Of a DNA stretch of 64,000 bases, positions 20,270-29,881 are shown piece by piece. Below the pieces are notes generated by a model. That model was not told where the DNA came from and ran no database searches. It saw only the letters and a list, made by a program, of their open reading frames with translations. This DNA comes from an uncultured Acidobacteriota bacterium. Its GTDB lineage: Bacteria; Acidobacteriota; Thermoanaerobaculia; Gp7-AA8. Position numbers and translations under genes: made by a program. Where the stretch lies: contig CAWGHO010000002.1 in NCBI GenBank assembly GCA_963822445.1, positions 1,024,001 through 1,088,000 of the forward strand, given 5' to 3'. Position 1 is the first letter of the stretch; each line of letters begins with the position of its first letter.

Positions 20270-20732
20270 GTTCCCGATACCCGCTGCGGAAGTAGACCAA
20301 TGGCGCGCCCTCGCGCGTCCGGGCATGCTCGACGACGCCGACGAAAATCGAGTGATCCCCGCCGTCGAGTTGGTTGAAGAGGTTGCATTCGAGATTGCAG
20401 ATCGCGCCGCTGATGAGGGGGACGCCGAGCTCGCCCATTTCGTATTCGACGCCGGCGAATTTGTCGTCGCTGCGGGAGGCGAACTGCGCGGAAAGATCCT
20501 TCTGATCGAGGCCTAAGATATTCACTCCAAACCGTTTCGCGGCGGCGATGGCACCGTGAGTCTGCATGTTCCGGCCCACACAGATCAGGATCAGCGGCGG
20601 GGCGAGGGAGAGCGACGCGAACGAGGCCACGGTCATCCCGTACAGCTCGCCCTGGTGCTCGGTGGTCACGACCGTCACGCCGCTGGGGAAATGCGACATG
20701 GCCTGCCTGAAGAGCGATTCTTCGATCGGCAT
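20262..20732 (-). CDS. Flavin reductase family protein
   Basis: FPSGVTVVT, SLSLAPPL, GGDHSIFVG. Confidence 0.92.
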   Translation of the reverse strand: MPIEESLFRQAMSHFPSGVTVVTTEHQGELYGMTVASFASLSLAPPLILICVGRNMQTHGAIAAAKRFGVNILGLDQKDLSAQFASRSDDKFAGVEYEMGELGVPLISGAICNLECNLFNQLDGGDHSIFVGVVEHARTREGAPLVYFRSGYRELA

Positions 20733-20784
20733 AGGGGCGTGAGTGTACTGCAAACTTTTTGGCAAACGAGGCGTATGAGAGGGC

Positions 20785-21759
20785 ATGCGCCGCACACTGA
20801 CTTTCGCCCTTCTCCTTCTCGCCGCCACGTCCGTCTTTGCAGCCGACGACGTCATCCGCAAGGGGTTCAACGTCACCGACGGCGGCACGCTCCGCCTGGA
20901 GGCCAACTACGGCGACGTCACCATCGTTTCCGGTGGGACCGGCCTGGCGGTGGAAATCATCCGCAAGGCCCGCGGGAAGGACGCCGCGGAGCGCCTGCGC
21001 GACCACAAGATCCAGTTTTCGCAGCAGGGGAACGACGTGGTCATCTCCACCGATGACGACGACCGTGACGACCGGAAGTGGTTCAACTGGTTCGACTGGA
21101 ACGACGACTTCGAGGTGGAGTGGAACATCCGCGTTCCGAAGAATTACAACCTGAACGTCCGCACGTCCGGCGGCTCGATCGAGCTCGACGACGTCGGCGG
21201 CGCGGTCGAGGCCCACACTTCCGGCGGCAGCATCAAGACCGGCCGCCTCGGCGGCATCGCGAACCTGCGCACGTCCGGCGGATCGATCTCCATCGACGGC
21301 GCGGCGGCGAAGGTCGACGCGCGGACTTCCGGCGGCTCGATCCGCGTCGGCGACACCGACGGACCCGTCGAGGTCCGCACCTCGGGTGGCTCGATCGCGC
21401 TGGCCCGGATTCGCGGAAGCATCGTTGCGCGCACGTCCGGCGGCGGCATCACCATCGAGGACGCGACCGGCAGCGTCGACGCATCGACGTCCGGCGGCTC
21501 CATCAAAGCAAGACTCTCCGGTCAGATGGTCGGCGACTCGAAACTGGCCACGTCCGGCGGCGGCATCACCGTGTCGATGGCGCCGAACGTCGCCGCGGAT
21601 CTCGACGCGCGAGCCAGCGGCGGCGGCGTCTCGTCCGATCTGCCGATCACCATTCAGGGCACGATGGACGACGACGAGCTGCGCGGAAAGATCAACGGCG
21701 GCGGCCCGAAGCTGACGCTGCGGACGTCCGGCGGCGGGATCAAGGTAAAGAGTTTGTAG
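20785..21759 (+). CDS. Secreted DUF4097-type beta-strand repeat protein
   Basis: Signal peptide and about 10 xTSGGxI repeats. Confidence 0.85.
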   Translation: MRRTLTFALLLLAATSVFAADDVIRKGFNVTDGGTLRLEANYGDVTIVSGGTGLAVEIIRKARGKDAAERLRDHKIQFSQQGNDVVISTDDDDRDDRKWFNWFDWNDDFEVEWNIRVPKNYNLNVRTSGGSIELDDVGGAVEAHTSGGSIKTGRLGGIANLRTSGGSISIDGAAAKVDARTSGGSIRVGDTDGPVEVRTSGGSIALARIRGSIVARTSGGGITIEDATGSVDASTSGGSIKARLSGQMVGDSKLATSGGGITVSMAPNVAADLDARASGGGVSSDLPITIQGTMDDDELRGKINGGGPKLTLRTSGGGIKVKSL

Positions 21760-23110
21760 TTGCCAGAATTGTCTTCGCCGCCGCGCGGGCGCTGGCCAGC
21801 GCGGCGTCGGAGAGCAATCCTTCACTCCCCACCCAGTCACCGGCGATGTAGAGCCCGCGGATCGGCGTCGTGTGCGGCGGGCGCTGCGCGCCGGGCGTAA
21901 TCATCGCGTTGGCAACGGTCATGGCCGGCAGGAAGCGGCGATGCACGACTTCGTTCCGCCAGCCCGGCTGCACGCGATCGAGCAGCCCTTCCAGCTCGGC
22001 TTCGTCCTCGCTCATTCCGCCGCGGCGTTTCGCGCTGCTGTCGTAGTCGTCGGAGAGCGTGCGCTGATCCTTCAGATACTTCGCTGTGTGAATCAGCGCG
22101 CCGCCTTTCGGCGCGACCTGCGCAAAGGCCGAATGCACGGAGAGGTACAGGGGCCGGTCGACTCCGAGCGCGAAGGTGTTCTTCGGATCGGGCAACGTTC
22201 GCAGCGCCACATCGAGGCAGGCCGCGAGGATCGGCCGCAACGACGTCCAGCTCTGCGAGATCGCGGGATCTTCGATGAGCTCCGCGGCGGTCTGCGGATC
22301 GACGGCAAGAATCACAGTCGACGCCGGGATGCGCGCGCCGACGACATCCTCCGGCTTCATCTCCGGGTAGGCGATCGACTGCGTGTCCATGCGGTCGGCA
22401 TCGAACTCGAGGCCGCCCAGCTCGACCGATTTCACCTCGCCGTTCTCGTGATGCACGCCCACGATGCGCGAGCTGCTCACGAAATTGACGCCTGCCGCGA
22501 CCGCGGCGTTGTGCAGCGAGTCGACGAGCTTCTGCCAGCCTTCGTGAATGTACTTCGCGCCGCGCAAAGCGATCTTCGCCTGTGCCAGCGCCGGCGCCGC
22601 GCTCTCGATCTCCGCATGATTGGAGTAGGTGAAGAGCCGGAAGAAGGCCTGCATCAATTCACGCAGACGCTCATCGGAGATGTTCTCGTCGAGCCACTGC
22701 CGCAGCGTGATCGACGCATAGCGCGACGGATCGATGCGGCGCAGCTTCACCATCAATCCGAGCAACTGCATCTTCGCCATCGGACCGAGAAACGACGTGC
22801 CGAGAATCGACCAGAACGAGCCCGGGAACTTGAACTCGTCGTTGCCGGCGATGAGCACTCCTCGCGCGCGAGCCAGGCCACCGTCGGCGGGGATGCCCAG
22901 CTCGCGATACGCGGCCGAGGCGGCGCCCGTTCGATAGAGCGCGTGGGCGCCGAGGTTGAAGCGGAAGCCCTGGCGGAGATTGCTGATGGCGCGGCCGCCG
23001 AGGTGGCGGCGCTTTTCGAAAAGCGTGACGTTCCGGCCGCCGCGGGCGAGATAGATGGAGGCCGCGAGACCGGCCAGACCGCCACCCACGACGATCACGT
23101 TCTTGCTCAC
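21740..23110 (-). CDS. NAD(P)/FAD-dependent oxidoreductase (phytoene dehydrogenase-like)
   Basis: VVGGGLAGL Rossmann motif, LGGRA, FNLGAH, LYIAGDW. Confidence 0.85.
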   Translation of the reverse strand: MSKNVIVVGGGLAGLAASIYLARGGRNVTLFEKRRHLGGRAISNLRQGFRFNLGAHALYRTGAASAAYRELGIPADGGLARARGVLIAGNDEFKFPGSFWSILGTSFLGPMAKMQLLGLMVKLRRIDPSRYASITLRQWLDENISDERLRELMQAFFRLFTYSNHAEIESAAPALAQAKIALRGAKYIHEGWQKLVDSLHNAAVAAGVNFVSSSRIVGVHHENGEVKSVELGGLEFDADRMDTQSIAYPEMKPEDVVGARIPASTVILAVDPQTAAELIEDPAISQSWTSLRPILAACLDVALRTLPDPKNTFALGVDRPLYLSVHSAFAQVAPKGGALIHTAKYLKDQRTLSDDYDSSAKRRGGMSEDEAELEGLLDRVQPGWRNEVVHRRFLPAMTVANAMITPGAQRPPHTTPIRGLYIAGDWVGSEGLLSDAALASARAAAKTILATTNSLP

Positions 23111-23256
23111 GAGCCGGCGATGGTACTCGATTTCAGCGTCTCCTCACGTCCACCTCGCGCGGCATGTGTGGCAGAATCGCCGAGGGTCACACAGGGCTGA
23201 AACCTCTGGTATACGGCAATTTGCCTCGCAGGCAGCCTGTTCAATGTCGGAGTTCA

Positions 23257-24354
23257 ATGCGTAGGTTCCTCCATGGATTCATCGGAGCTGTGCTGGTTCT
23301 TGCCGTCGCGTTGCCGGCGGCTGCTGCAACTCCGTCCGAGTTCTACCTGACGATGCTGAGAAGAGGCGTCAGTGCGTACGACGCCGGACGCTACGACGCC
23401 GCGGTCGGACCGTTGAAGATCGCCGCTTTCGGTCTGCTCGATTCGATCGACCATTACCAGATCGCGCAGGCGCATCTCGCGCTGACGCACGATCGGATGG
23501 GCAACGCCGAGCTGTCGCGCGAAGCCGCGCACCGTCTCGTCGTCGCCGAGCGCATCCAGCCGCGATACGCGTCGATTCCGCTGTCGGCAGCGACCCGCGC
23601 GAACTTCGAGTCCCTCGCCCGCCGCGTTCTCACCGCCGCCGACCAGACCGTCCTCGGCCGCTCCGCGCAAAGCGTCACCACTCCGCAGGTTCAGCCGCCC
23701 GCGGCCACGAACCCGAAGCCGGTGCCGCCGGCTCCTGTGAAGACCGAGCCGGTCGTGACGAAGCCGCAACCGGCACCCGTGAAGACTGAGCCCGCGCCGG
23801 TCAAACCGGAACCCGTCCCGGTCAAGCCCGAGCCGGCGCCGGTCAAGGTCGATCCGCCCGCCGTCAAAACGGAGCCGCCGCCGGTCAAAATCGATCCGCC
23901 CGTCATCAAGACCGAACCGGCGCCGCAGAAGAACAATCCGCCGGCGCCCAGGCCGCAAACGACAAATCCGCCGCCCACCCGCACCCGCCCTCCGGCCAAC
24001 GTGCCCGCGAGCTTCACCGCCGCGGAGCAGGCTCTGAACACGGCGCGGCTGGTCGACGCCCGCGCGATCTACCGCGAGCTGCTCGATTCTCCGTCGCTTG
24101 AGCGAAGCGATCTCCTCCGGCTGGCCGAGGGGTTCTACCGGGCTCGCGACTTCGCCAATGCCCTTCGCGCGTTCGAGAAGATCGGCCCGCTGCGCCGCGG
24201 CGAAGAGCCTTTTCGCTACTACATCGCCGTCGCGTTGTATGAAACCGCGCAGTACCAGAAGGCCAAAGAAGAGCTGGCAGCGGTGCTTCCGTTCATCGAG
24301 CAGACGCCCGACGTGACCCGCTATCGGCTGAAGATCGAAGGCGCGGTCAATTAG
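23257..24354 (+). CDS. Secreted TPR protein with Pro-rich (PVKxEP) linker
   Basis: Signal peptide; helical repeats flank tandem PAPVKTEP-type repeats. Confidence 0.8.
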   Translation: MRRFLHGFIGAVLVLAVALPAAAATPSEFYLTMLRRGVSAYDAGRYDAAVGPLKIAAFGLLDSIDHYQIAQAHLALTHDRMGNAELSREAAHRLVVAERIQPRYASIPLSAATRANFESLARRVLTAADQTVLGRSAQSVTTPQVQPPAATNPKPVPPAPVKTEPVVTKPQPAPVKTEPAPVKPEPVPVKPEPAPVKVDPPAVKTEPPPVKIDPPVIKTEPAPQKNNPPAPRPQTTNPPPTRTRPPANVPASFTAAEQALNTARLVDARAIYRELLDSPSLERSDLLRLAEGFYRARDFANALRAFEKIGPLRRGEEPFRYYIAVALYETAQYQKAKEELAAVLPFIEQTPDVTRYRLKIEGAVN

Positions 24355-24429
24355 ATTCTTTCGCCCTTCCTCTCTTTTTGGTTAGAATCGCCGCCGATTC
24401 CAGCCGTTCCCATTTTGAAAAGGTGCGCA

Positions 24430-24888
24430 ATGAAAAAACTCGTCTTCGGGCTCGTTCTGCTCCTCACCGCGACCGCTGGGTTCGCCCAGACTCGTTCGAC
24501 TACTCCCGAGCTCACACCCCCGGCGAACGGCGAGGAATGGCTCAAGCTGAGCAGCACTGAGAAACTCTTCTGGGCGATCGGCTACTCGCAGGGATATCGC
24601 GAAGCCCTCGAGAAGATCGACGTGACCGCCGGCCCCACGTCCGCCTGCGCCGGTCTCGCCGAGCGCACCGAGCGCCAGACGTCGACGTCGGGCAAGGTCA
24701 GCGGCTTCGAGCTCGTCTCCGGTCTCGAGCGGTTCTACTCCGAGCCCGCGAACACGACCATCCCCATCGGCAGCGCGATCCGCATTTACCTGCTTCAGGC
24801 CAGCGGCAAAGATCAGACGACCATCCAGGAGCTGATCGACACCGCCCGTCTCCTCGGCCAGCAGGCGTCCGCTCGCCCGCGGCAGTAA
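24430..24888 (+). CDS. Secreted hypothetical protein
   Basis: SD aaggtg and signal peptide MKKLVFGLVLLLTATAGFA. Confidence 0.75.
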   Translation: MKKLVFGLVLLLTATAGFAQTRSTTPELTPPANGEEWLKLSSTEKLFWAIGYSQGYREALEKIDVTAGPTSACAGLAERTERQTSTSGKVSGFELVSGLERFYSEPANTTIPIGSAIRIYLLQASGKDQTTIQELIDTARLLGQQASARPRQ

Positions 24889-24892
24889 AAAT

Positions 24893-24992
24893 CAGTAGGC
24901 AGTAGGCAGTCCGCCGCTCACGCGGCTCGCAGCGGGCAGGCCGCCTACCGGCGGTCTTTAACTGCCCACTGCCCCCTGCCCGCTGCCTACCG
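24893..24992. repeat. Inverted heptamer tandem repeats (CAGTAGG / ACTGCCY)
   Basis: cagtaggcagtaggcagt at 24893-24910 and actgcccactgccccctgcccgctgcctaccg at 24961-24992. Confidence 0.75.
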
Positions 24993-25041
24993 TCCTCTGC
25001 GTTACACTCTCCGGTCATAAGGCTCCGGCCGGGAGGGTTGC

Positions 25042-25965
25042 GTGCGCACCAAGACAACCGCTGCCATCGTGACGATCGCGCTCGTGGGCGTCGTCGCATT
25101 TTCAGTGATCGGGCAGGAAGATCCGCTGCCGCCGGTCACGCCGAAAGCAAGCCTGGACCTCACCGCGATTCCGCTCGCCGAGCCGACCATCGTGCTCGCC
25201 GCCGAGCCGATTCGCGAGTACCGGCCGCCGACGCTCCTCGAGGCCGCGCGCCACAACGACTACATCACCTTTGACGCGCTGTATGCCGCGGCGAAGAAAC
25301 GCGGCGAGGACGTGTCGCAGTTCGATGCGCTGCACGAACTGTGGACGTATTCGGTCACCGATCCGATCGGCGCGTTTTACGGTCTCGAGTTGTACGAGCG
25401 CCTGAGTCGCGCCTATCCCGGCTACGCGAAGTACATCGAAGACTTCCGCGTCGTCGACAGCCGCGGCAACGTGTTCTATCCGACCAGCGAGACGCGGGCG
25501 TTTCTGCTCGATCGCGCCGTGGAAGGACGTCCCTCGCCGCGAGTGCTCGTGGCGGAAACGAAACCGGCGCCGGTACGCGCGACTCCGAAACGCACCGTCG
25601 TTGCGCCGGCACCTGTCGTTGAAAAGACAGCGCCGCCCGTTGTCGTTCCCGAGCCGATCGTCGTCGCGGAAACACCAGCAGTCGCGCCGCCGGTCGCCGA
25701 ACCGGTCGTGATCGCCGCGAAGGAAACCGCACCGGCGCCCGCGCCACTACCGGTTGCGGCCACCGTTCCGAACAAGACCGCCAGCCGCGGCATCCTGTTG
25801 ATGATCATCGGCCTGATCGGCGTCGGACTGCTCGCGCTGATCCTCCGCACGCCGCGGGAAGAGCCGCTCACCGTCATGCAACATCCGCACGTAAACAACG
25901 TCGAGCCGCTCAGGAAACCGCAGGCGACGGCGGGCGAGACTCGAGCGACCGGATCGCACGGATGA
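25042..25965 (+). CDS. Hypothetical exported protein with Pro/Ala/Val-rich linker and C-terminal TM anchor
   Basis: N-terminal hydrophobic segment and GILLMIIGLIGVGLLALIL near the C-terminus. Confidence 0.75.
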   Translation: MRTKTTAAIVTIALVGVVAFSVIGQEDPLPPVTPKASLDLTAIPLAEPTIVLAAEPIREYRPPTLLEAARHNDYITFDALYAAAKKRGEDVSQFDALHELWTYSVTDPIGAFYGLELYERLSRAYPGYAKYIEDFRVVDSRGNVFYPTSETRAFLLDRAVEGRPSPRVLVAETKPAPVRATPKRTVVAPAPVVEKTAPPVVVPEPIVVAETPAVAPPVAEPVVIAAKETAPAPAPLPVAATVPNKTASRGILLMIIGLIGVGLLALILRTPREEPLTVMQHPHVNNVEPLRKPQATAGETRATGSHG

Positions 25966-28900
25966 GCTGCCGCCCTTCGACCGGCTTCACGAAGTAATCC
26001 TCCGCGCCGAACGCCAGGGCCAGCTCGCGGTTGTCGAGAATCGAGACGATGATCACCGGCACGCTCGCCGTGATCGGGTCACCTTTCAGCGTCCGCAAAA
26101 CCTGCCAGCCCTCGACGCCCGGAAGCACGACGTCGAGCGTGATGGCCATCGGACTCACGACGCGCGCAAGCCTCAGCGCTTCCTCGCCCGTTCGCGCGCG
26201 AATCGGAACGTAGCCCGCCGATCGCAGGTCGTTGCTCAGCGTCGCGAACGACTCGTCTTCATCCTCGACCACGAGCACGCGCGCGCCTGCAGGAATCAGC
26301 ACGCCGTCTGGACCGACGATCGGACTGGGAATGGCCGTGCCGCGGAAGCGCAGGGGCAGGGTGAACGTGAATTCGCTCCCCGCGCCGACGACGCTCTTCG
26401 CCGAGACCGTTCCGCGCTGCAGCTCGACGAACTTCCTCACCAGCGACAACCCCAGCCCGGTACCGCCATGCACGCGGTTGATGCTCGAGTCGACCTGCCG
26501 GAACTCGTCGAAGATCACCTCGAGATGCTCGGCGGCGATGCCGGTCCCCCGATCAATCACCGACACCGCGAGCGTCTCCGTTTCGGCGATGCGGCGCGCG
26601 CGAATCGTCACCGTCGATCCGGCCGGTGAGAACTTCACCGCGTTCGAGACGAGGTTGTAGAGGATCTGCTTGAACTTCGCGAGGTCGGTCTCGATCTCCG
26701 CAACGTCATCGGCGACGTCGATCGCGAACGAGACCTGCTGCTTCGCGGAAAGGCCGCGCATGACCTGCGTAACGCTGTCGATCGCCGCGCGAACGGAGAA
26801 GGTCTCCGGATACAGCTCCATCTTCCCCGCCTCGACCTTCGAGAGGTCGAGGATGTCGTTGATGATGTTCAGCAGGTGCTGTCCCGACTGCAGGATCGAG
26901 CGGAGGAAGCCGAGATACTTCGGCTCGATCTGGCCGTGCAGGCGCTCGGTGAGGATCTCCGAGAAACCGATGATCGCGTTCATCGGCGTGCGCAGCTCGT
27001 GGCTCATGTTCGCCAGGAAGATGCTCTTGGCGCGATTGGCGTCCTGAGCCTGCTCGTTCTTCAGCTGCAGCTCGCGCAGGATCCGCGCACGTGAGATCGC
27101 CGACACGGCGTGCTCGCGCATGCGCGCCAGCTTCTGCAGATCGGATCTGCCGAACGCGTTCTCGTCGGTGAAGTTGTCGAAGATGAGGAAGCCTTCCGTG
27201 CGGCCGCCCAGGGTCACGGCCATGGCCAGCATCGACTTCGGTTTGGGGAGGTGCGCGGTCTTGTCGGCCGCGGCGAGATGGCGGAAGTCGGCGGAGCGGA
27301 TCAGATACACGCCCTCGCTGAGCTGCTCGGCGTGCTCGGAGTAGCGGCGCGTGGCCTCTTCGAACGTCAGCGAAACGCCTTTGAACAGCTCGGGATCGTA
27401 GCCCGACGCCGCGGCGACTTCCGTCCGTTGATGCTCGTGGTCGAACTTGAGAAAGACCGCTTTCTCGGCGTTCGGGAAGAGCTTCATCCCCTGCTCGAGA
27501 ATCCGCTCCAGCACGCGCTCGAGGACGACCTCGCGATTGATGATCTCGACGATCTGGTCGATCGTCTCCAGCTCACTGGCCTGCGCCCGAATCTCCTCGG
27601 TGCGAGCCATGACCAGGTCTTCCAGCGCGCGATTGCGCCGCTGCAACTGGGCCATGCGCAGCAGGTTGAAGATCCACAGCAGGATCGCCAGAGCGACCGC
27701 GTACAACAACACTGCCCACCAACGGAACCCGACCGGCGGCTTGATGGAGAAGCTGTACGACGCCGGCTTCGACCAGAGCCCATCCGCGTTGCGGGCCTTG
27801 ACCTGAAACACGTACCGGCGATCGAACAGATACGCCGGCAGGTTGGTGTAGCGGATCTTCACGTCCGTCGTTTCGGCCGACCAGCCGCGATCGAATCCGG
27901 CCAGGCGCGTCTGGTAACGGACCCGGGCCTCGTCGGTGAAGGTGAGCGCGGCGTATTCGAAATCGACTTCGTTGTCCGCGCCGATCCTCACGCCGCGCAA
28001 ACGGACGATCGGCTCGACGCGGTTCGTTTCACGCGCGGCAGGATTGAACATCGACACGCCGCTCGGCGTCGCGAGGTAGACCAATCCGTTGGGGCCCGTC
28101 GCCACCGGTCCGTTGGCCCAGGCTTCGTCGTCGACCAGGCCATCCGACTTCGTGACGCGCATGCCCGGCTCGAGCGTCGTGTCGTTGATCGCGACGAGGC
28201 CGCGGTTGTCGCTCGCCCAGACGCCGCGGCCGTCCGTCGCGACAGCCATCCCGATCACCGGCTGGTTTTTGATGACGTCGATGGTGCGCGCCCCGTCGAG
28301 CACCGACAACCCCGCACCGCTTCCGACCCACATCCGCCCTTTGTGAAAGAGCAGCGAGCGGATGTTGTTCGTCGGCGCGCCGTTCGCGGTGGTCCACACT
28401 GGCTTGAACGTGTTCGCCGTGCGATTCAACGGCGTGGTCGATCGATACAAACCGCTGTCGATCGTGCCGACCCAGAGATATCCGCGATCGTCGAGAGCGA
28501 GGCTGTTCGACGGAACCTTCAAAATCAAGCGCCGCCCGCCGTCGTCGCAACCCACGCCCCAGCTTCCGGCGAAGCACATCTGATCCCCGAACCTCCGAAC
28601 CGCGTACGTCGCTTCGGACGGATAGGCGGTGACCCTTCCTCCTTCGAGACTGTTCAAGCCCGCGGACGTGGCAATCCACATCCTCCCCTGCACGTCCTCG
28701 CCGAGGGCGTAGACCTGGTTGGAGAGGAGTCCGTCGGATGCGCGCCACGTCCTCGATTCGCGTCCCTTGATCGTGATCACGCCGCCGCCGGTCCCGATCC
28801 ACAGCTCGCCGGGCTTCGGCAGCACCGCGAACGCACTCGGGTCGGGCAACGCCGGCGAGGAGCGCGCCGTGTACGAACTGAACGCGCGATATCCCTTGCG

Positions 28901-29836
28901 CAGCCGCGAGGCGCCGGAGTTCTGTCCGAACCAGAGGTTCTCCTCGCGGTCCTCGAGGAGCGTCCAGAGCGTGTCCCCGAGGAGCCCGCTCGTGCGCGTG
29001 ACGACCAGACGCTCGTCGGGATTGCGGGGATCGAGACGAATCGCACCGGTGCCGAGGCTGGCCGCCCACAATTCGCCGCTGCGCGTGGAAAGGAGCGCGA
29101 CGATGCGCTCGGTCAGGTCGCGATTCACCACGATCGCGCTGTTGCCTTCGAGCTTCCAGATCGAGCCGTCGAGACTTCCACCCCACAACGTGCCATCGCC
29201 CGTCTCCGCGAATGCGATCGCCGGAGAGGCCGTGCGCGCGACCTCGCGGAACCGGCTGCCGTCGAACACATTGACCGTCGTTCCCTGCGAGGCGATGACC
29301 GTTCCGTCGCGCCGCACGAAGAGCGCTCCTGCGCCGAGATCGGCAACGCGCTGGCTTTCGATCTGCGCTCCGGCCCGATAGCGCACGATCGCGTTCTGGG
29401 TCGCCACCCACACCCACCCGTCCTTCGCGGCGACGATGCAATTGCGGCGGATTCGCGAGGGCGGAAGGCCTTTCGAGATGAAGCGGACGCGCTCGCCAGG
29501 CCGGTAGTCGCCCAGCGGCCTGTCCGAAACGACCAGCCCGGCCTCGGAACCGACCCAAAGCCGCCCGTTCGCGTCTTCCACGAGTTCCCGTACGGTCAGA
29601 TCGGCCAGCCCGTCGGCCACGCCGTAGCTCTCCATCGAATGGCCGTCGTACCGGGAAATGCCGGTCGAATAGAACGCCAGCCAGATGTATCCCTGCCGGT
29701 CCTGGATGATTTTCTGGACGCTCGCTGACGAGAGCGGAACGGCCTGTCCGCCGGGGGTGAAGTGGGTGAAAGGCAGCTCCTGTCCCAGCAGCGGGAGGGC
29801 GATCGCGAGAGCCACGAGCGCGCGCTTGAGGGACAT
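25910..29836 (-). CDS. Hybrid sensor histidine kinase (beta-propeller sensor, Y_Y_Y, GAF, HisKA, HATPase, receiver)
   Basis: Signal peptide, IQDRQGYIW/DGL repeats, FLANMSHELRTPMN, NLVSNAVKF, GTGLGL, terminal receiver. Confidence 0.93.
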   Translation of the reverse strand: MSLKRALVALAIALPLLGQELPFTHFTPGGQAVPLSSASVQKIIQDRQGYIWLAFYSTGISRYDGHSMESYGVADGLADLTVRELVEDANGRLWVGSEAGLVVSDRPLGDYRPGERVRFISKGLPPSRIRRNCIVAAKDGWVWVATQNAIVRYRAGAQIESQRVADLGAGALFVRRDGTVIASQGTTVNVFDGSRFREVARTASPAIAFAETGDGTLWGGSLDGSIWKLEGNSAIVVNRDLTERIVALLSTRSGELWAASLGTGAIRLDPRNPDERLVVTRTSGLLGDTLWTLLEDREENLWFGQNSGASRLRKGYRAFSSYTARSSPALPDPSAFAVLPKPGELWIGTGGGVITIKGRESRTWRASDGLLSNQVYALGEDVQGRMWIATSAGLNSLEGGRVTAYPSEATYAVRRFGDQMCFAGSWGVGCDDGGRRLILKVPSNSLALDDRGYLWVGTIDSGLYRSTTPLNRTANTFKPVWTTANGAPTNNIRSLLFHKGRMWVGSGAGLSVLDGARTIDVIKNQPVIGMAVATDGRGVWASDNRGLVAINDTTLEPGMRVTKSDGLVDDEAWANGPVATGPNGLVYLATPSGVSMFNPAARETNRVEPIVRLRGVRIGADNEVDFEYAALTFTDEARVRYQTRLAGFDRGWSAETTDVKIRYTNLPAYLFDRRYVFQVKARNADGLWSKPASYSFSIKPPVGFRWWAVLLYAVALAILLWIFNLLRMAQLQRRNRALEDLVMARTEEIRAQASELETIDQIVEIINREVVLERVLERILEQGMKLFPNAEKAVFLKFDHEHQRTEVAAASGYDPELFKGVSLTFEEATRRYSEHAEQLSEGVYLIRSADFRHLAAADKTAHLPKPKSMLAMAVTLGGRTEGFLIFDNFTDENAFGRSDLQKLARMREHAVSAISRARILRELQLKNEQAQDANRAKSIFLANMSHELRTPMNAIIGFSEILTERLHGQIEPKYLGFLRSILQSGQHLLNIINDILDLSKVEAGKMELYPETFSVRAAIDSVTQVMRGLSAKQQVSFAIDVADDVAEIETDLAKFKQILYNLVSNAVKFSPAGSTVTIRARRIAETETLAVSVIDRGTGIAAEHLEVIFDEFRQVDSSINRVHGGTGLGLSLVRKFVELQRGTVSAKSVVGAGSEFTFTLPLRFRGTAIPSPIVGPDGVLIPAGARVLVVEDEDESFATLSNDLRSAGYVPIRARTGEEALRLARVVSPMAITLDVVLPGVEGWQVLRTLKGDPITASVPVIIVSILDNRELALAFGAEDYFVKPVEGRQLIRAIRSLESRPPSPAVS

Positions 29837-29881
29837 GGCCGTCAGGGTAACCCGCTGTCCCATTGTCCGTACAATCGATGT

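Noticed and set aside
20785-21759. Regularly spaced acgtccggcggc repeats as a DNA repeat array
   Set aside because: They are explained by protein-level TSGG repeats of a DUF4097-type protein.
27110-29728. Long antisense ORFs (also 10574-12187, 31955-33949, 34567-36162, 44693-46354)
   Set aside because: They are shadow frames of well-supported genes in high-GC DNA and contain no recognisable motifs.
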